Assembly: GCA_963837425.1 (NCBI GenBank)
Contig: CAWINH010000002.1
Span: forward strand, 355,175-419,174
DNA length: 64,000 bases
Source of the DNA: an uncultured Chloroflexia bacterium
GTDB taxonomy: Bacteria; Chloroflexota; Limnocylindria; QHBO01
Direction: 5' to 3'
This document shows, one piece after another, positions 61,147 to 64,000 of the stretch. Position numbers and translations under genes: made by a program. Under the pieces are notes generated by a model. It ran no database searches, had not been told where the DNA came from, and worked only from the letters and a program-made list of their open reading frames with translations. The first letter of the stretch is position 1; every line of letters begins with the position of its first letter.

Positions 61147-63882
61147 ATGGACTATGACGTTCTCGTCATCGGCGGCGGCATCGGCGGCATGGAGTCGGCC
61201 CTGAAGCTCGGGGACATGGGCTACTCGGTCGCCATGGTCGAGAAGGAGGCCAGCGTCGGCGGACGCATGATCCTGCTGAGCAAGGTCTTCCCGACGCTCG
61301 ACTGCGCGAGCTGCATCTCAACGCCGAAGATGGCGGCGTCGGTCCATCACGACAACATCACGCCGTTCACCTACGCCGAGGTGTCCGGCATCCGGCGAAC
61401 TCCGGACGGTCATTTCCGCGCGACGGTGCGCCAGAAGCCCCGATTCGTGGATACGGACGCATGCACCGGTTGCCAGCTCTGCGAGCTGGCCTGCACGGTG
61501 GCGGTGCCAGACCAGTTCAACGCGGACCTCGTCGCGCGCCGCGCGGCGTACATCCCGTTCCCGCAGGCGGTCCCCAAGAAGGCGGTCATCGAGCGTGCCG
61601 GCACCTCCCCGTGCTCGTACACCTGCCCGGCCGGGATCAAGGCCCACGGCTACGTCTCGCTCATCCGCAGCGGCGAGTATGAGAAGGCGTTCCAGCTCGT
61701 CCTCGACGCCACGCCACTGGTCGGGACCCTGGGTCGCGCCTGCTACGCGCCGTGCGAGGCCGACTGCAGCCGAGGATCCCTCGAGGGACCCTTGCCCATT
61801 CGCCGTCTGAAGCGGTTCGCGGCCGACGAGCACTACGCCAGCCATGACGGGCCGGGCGTCGAGGCGCCGCCGGCCAACGGGCACCGGGTCGCCGTTATCG
61901 GCTCCGGACCGGCGGGCCTGACCGCCGCCTGGCAGCTGGCCCGCTCGGGGTACGGCGTGAAGATCTTCGAGGGGGCCTCCGAGCCGGGCGGCATGCTGCG
62001 GTTCGCGATCCCCGGCTATCGGCTTCCGTCCGTGGTCGTGGAGCGCGACATTGCCAACGTCACCGCGCTCGGGGTCGAGATCGCATGCGACTCCCCGGTG
62101 CATGACCTCGAGGCGCTCCATGCGGACGGCTACGACGCGATCCTCGTGGCGACCGGCACGCCGCGCTCGCAGGTCCTCGGCGTCCCGGGCGAGGATCTGG
62201 CCGGCGTGGCCACCGGCCTGGAGTTCCTCCGCGACGTGAAGCTCGAGACGGCACCCGATCTCACCGGAAAGCGGGTAGTGATCGTGGGTGGCGGCAACGT
62301 GGCCATGGATGCCGCGCGCACCGTCCGTCGGCTGGGTGCGGCGGAGACCATCGTCGCCTACCGCCGCGGTCGCGAGGAGCTGCCGGCTCATGCCGCCGAG
62401 GTGGCCGATGCCGAAGCCGAAGGCGTGCGATTCGAGCTGCAGGTGGCCCCCGCCGAGGTGCTGGGAGATGCGCAGGGGCGCGTCACCGGGCTGCGCTGCG
62501 TGCGGATGGCGCTCGGCGCGCCGGATGACTCCGGCCGCCGCCGGCCGGAGGCGATCCCCGGCAGCGAGCACGTCATTGCCTGCGAGGCCGTGATCGCCGC
62601 GATCGGCATGTCGCCGGATCTCGACGCCTTCCCCGGAGAGCCGCTGGTAGACGAACGAGCCTTCGCCGCCGACCCGCGCACGCTCCAGACCGCGGTGCCC
62701 TGGGTCTTCGCCGCCGGCGACGCGGTCAGCGGAGCGTCGGACATCACCCGCGCCGTAGGGGCCGGGCGGCGGGCGGCGTACATGATCGACCACTGGATCA
62801 GCGACAGCACACTGGCGGGTGCGCAGTTTGACGCGATCGACGATCGCCTCGTGGTCGTGGATCGGTCGAGCGTAATCGCCCGGCAGTCGGCCTACACTCG
62901 CCACGACCCGACGCCGCCGGGGATCTCCCTGGTCGCCGAGCCGGACGGCTTTGCCGAGCTCGAGGCGCCGCTCACCGAGGACGAGGCGCGCGCCGCGGCC
63001 GGACGCTGCCTGGACTGCGGCGTCTGCTCCGAGTGCGGCGAGTGCATCGCCGCCTGCCCGGCGGACGCTATCCACCTCGACATGCGCGAAACCGAGCGCG
63101 AGATCGAGGTCGGCGCTGTCGTTCTCTCGACCGGCTACAAGCTGTTCGCCGCCGACCTCAAGCCGGAGTATGGCTATGGAACCTACAAGAACGTGATCAC
63201 CGGCATGCAGATGGACCGGCTGCTGGCGCCCACGCGGCCGTACAACACGATCCTCCGACCGGGCGACGGCAAGGTCCCGGAGCGGATTGGCTACGTGATG
63301 TGCACCGGCTCGCGCGACAAGACCGTCGGAAACCCCCTCTGCTCCCGCTTCTGCTGCATGTACTCCATCAAGCAGAACGAGCTGATCATGGGCGCCCTGC
63401 CGCTCGCCGACGTGACGGTCCACTACATGGACATCCGGGCCGCGGGAAAGCGCTACAACGAGTTCTACGAGGGGGCCCGCTCAATGGGCGCCAACTACGT
63501 GCGCGGTCGCGTGGCCGAGATCACCGAGAAGGAGAACGGTGACCTGCTCGTCAAGTACGAGGATCTCGACAACGGTGGGGTGATCTCCGAGGCCGAGTAC
63601 GACCTCGTCGTCCTCGCCGTCGGCGTCCAGCCCAACCGCGACGTGGAGACCCTCTTCTCCGGCGGCGGCCCGGCCCTCACCGACTCCTACTACGTCGCGG
63701 AGGCGGACGAGGACCTCAACCCGGGCCAGACCAGCCTACCCGGGGTCTACGTGGCGGGTGCGGCCTCCGGGGCCAAGGACATCGCCGAATCGATCCTGCA
63801 CGCAGGCGCGGCGGTCGCCCAGGTCTCGGCGCACCTCGAGCGCGAGCGCACGATCGCGGCGGGCGAGAAGGTGCCGGCATGA
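61147..63882 (+). CDS. HdrA-like FAD/Fe-S flavoprotein with an inserted GltD/NfnB-like NAD(P)H-binding module
   Basis: DVLVIGGGIGGMESALKL; CTGCQLCELAC; the GltD-type segment CPAGIKAHGYVSLI...GRACYAPCEADC...VAVIGSGPAGLTAAW...KRVVIVGGGNVAMDAA; the ferredoxin motif CLDCGVCSECGECIAACP; and the HdrA hallmark GYVMCTGSRDKTVGNPLCSRFCCMYSIKQN. Confidence 0.65.
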   Translation: MDYDVLVIGGGIGGMESALKLGDMGYSVAMVEKEASVGGRMILLSKVFPTLDCASCISTPKMAASVHHDNITPFTYAEVSGIRRTPDGHFRATVRQKPRFVDTDACTGCQLCELACTVAVPDQFNADLVARRAAYIPFPQAVPKKAVIERAGTSPCSYTCPAGIKAHGYVSLIRSGEYEKAFQLVLDATPLVGTLGRACYAPCEADCSRGSLEGPLPIRRLKRFAADEHYASHDGPGVEAPPANGHRVAVIGSGPAGLTAAWQLARSGYGVKIFEGASEPGGMLRFAIPGYRLPSVVVERDIANVTALGVEIACDSPVHDLEALHADGYDAILVATGTPRSQVLGVPGEDLAGVATGLEFLRDVKLETAPDLTGKRVVIVGGGNVAMDAARTVRRLGAAETIVAYRRGREELPAHAAEVADAEAEGVRFELQVAPAEVLGDAQGRVTGLRCVRMALGAPDDSGRRRPEAIPGSEHVIACEAVIAAIGMSPDLDAFPGEPLVDERAFAADPRTLQTAVPWVFAAGDAVSGASDITRAVGAGRRAAYMIDHWISDSTLAGAQFDAIDDRLVVVDRSSVIARQSAYTRHDPTPPGISLVAEPDGFAELEAPLTEDEARAAAGRCLDCGVCSECGECIAACPADAIHLDMRETEREIEVGAVVLSTGYKLFAADLKPEYGYGTYKNVITGMQMDRLLAPTRPYNTILRPGDGKVPERIGYVMCTGSRDKTVGNPLCSRFCCMYSIKQNELIMGALPLADVTVHYMDIRAAGKRYNEFYEGARSMGANYVRGRVAEITEKENGDLLVKYEDLDNGGVISEAEYDLVVLAVGVQPNRDVETLFSGGGPALTDSYYVAEADEDLNPGQTSLPGVYVAGAASGAKDIAESILHAGAAVAQVSAHLERERTIAAGEKVPA

Positions 63883-64000
63883 CCGCGGCGCAGCCAGCCC
63901 GTCGCATCGGCGTCTACGTCTGCCACTGCGGCGGCAACATCTCCGACTACGTCGACGTGGAGCAGGTGGCCGCTGCAGCCGCGCGCGAGGGGGACGTCGT
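63879..64000 (+). CDS. hdrA: Second HdrA-like gene (partial, N-terminus only), starting with the HdrA N-terminal domain motif
   Basis: RIGVYVCHCGGNISDYVDVEQV matches the IGVFVCHCGTNIAG N-terminus of HdrA; ATGA overlap with the upstream gene. Confidence 0.45.
   Translation, partial: MTAAQPARRIGVYVCHCGGNISDYVDVEQVAAAAAREGDV

Overview
This is a 64 kb window of very high-GC (about 70%) bacterial chromosome. Its gene content fits a high-GC Gram-positive-type lineage, Actinomycetota or Chloroflexota: obg-nadD-rsfS, holA-comEC-comEA-leuS, rho, pyrG, fabD-fabF. I found no rRNA, CRISPR array, transposase or integrase. There is one tRNA, tRNA-Ala(GGC) on the minus strand, with a hairpin terminator and a pair of ~135 bp direct repeats beside it. 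About 60 protein-coding genes are recognisable; most are packed tightly and many are translationally coupled through ATGA/GTGA stop-start overlaps. Roughly 15 genes in the first 34 kb carry multiple frameshifts: a phospholipase-C-type phosphoesterase, cysS, an MFS-cNMP fusion, a NUDIX hydrolase, a second fabF copy, an M20 peptidase, DUF2182, an aldehyde dehydrogenase, moaE, speB and psuG. Genes in the last 30 kb, and all clearly essential genes except cysS, are intact. Whether this is real pseudogene decay or local assembly indels cannot be told from the sequence. Four loci look most worth follow-up. (1) A translationally coupled operon (240-6387) with two tandem paralogous membrane proteins: signal peptide, Ig-like beta-rich ectodomain, one transmembrane helix, then a cytoplasmic tail ending in a CxxC..CxxC zinc ribbon. 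The second paralog's tail is a histone-H1/HU-like Lys/Ala/Pro-rich stretch. (2) An ArsR-DsrE-TusA-MvhD-like-HdrA-like cluster (59597-64000). Its HdrA-like flavoprotein is interrupted by a GltD/NfnB-type NAD(P)H module and is followed by a second hdrA. A separate tusA-dsrE-AhpD/CMD module lies at 19379-20627. (3) A DUF1326/DUF2182 putative metal-binding pair flanked by two paralogous alpha/beta-hydrolase-LuxR fusion regulators. (4) A 2 kb gene-poor, lower-GC stretch (6390-8400) and a 380 bp poly-C/poly-G low-complexity block (13020-13400).
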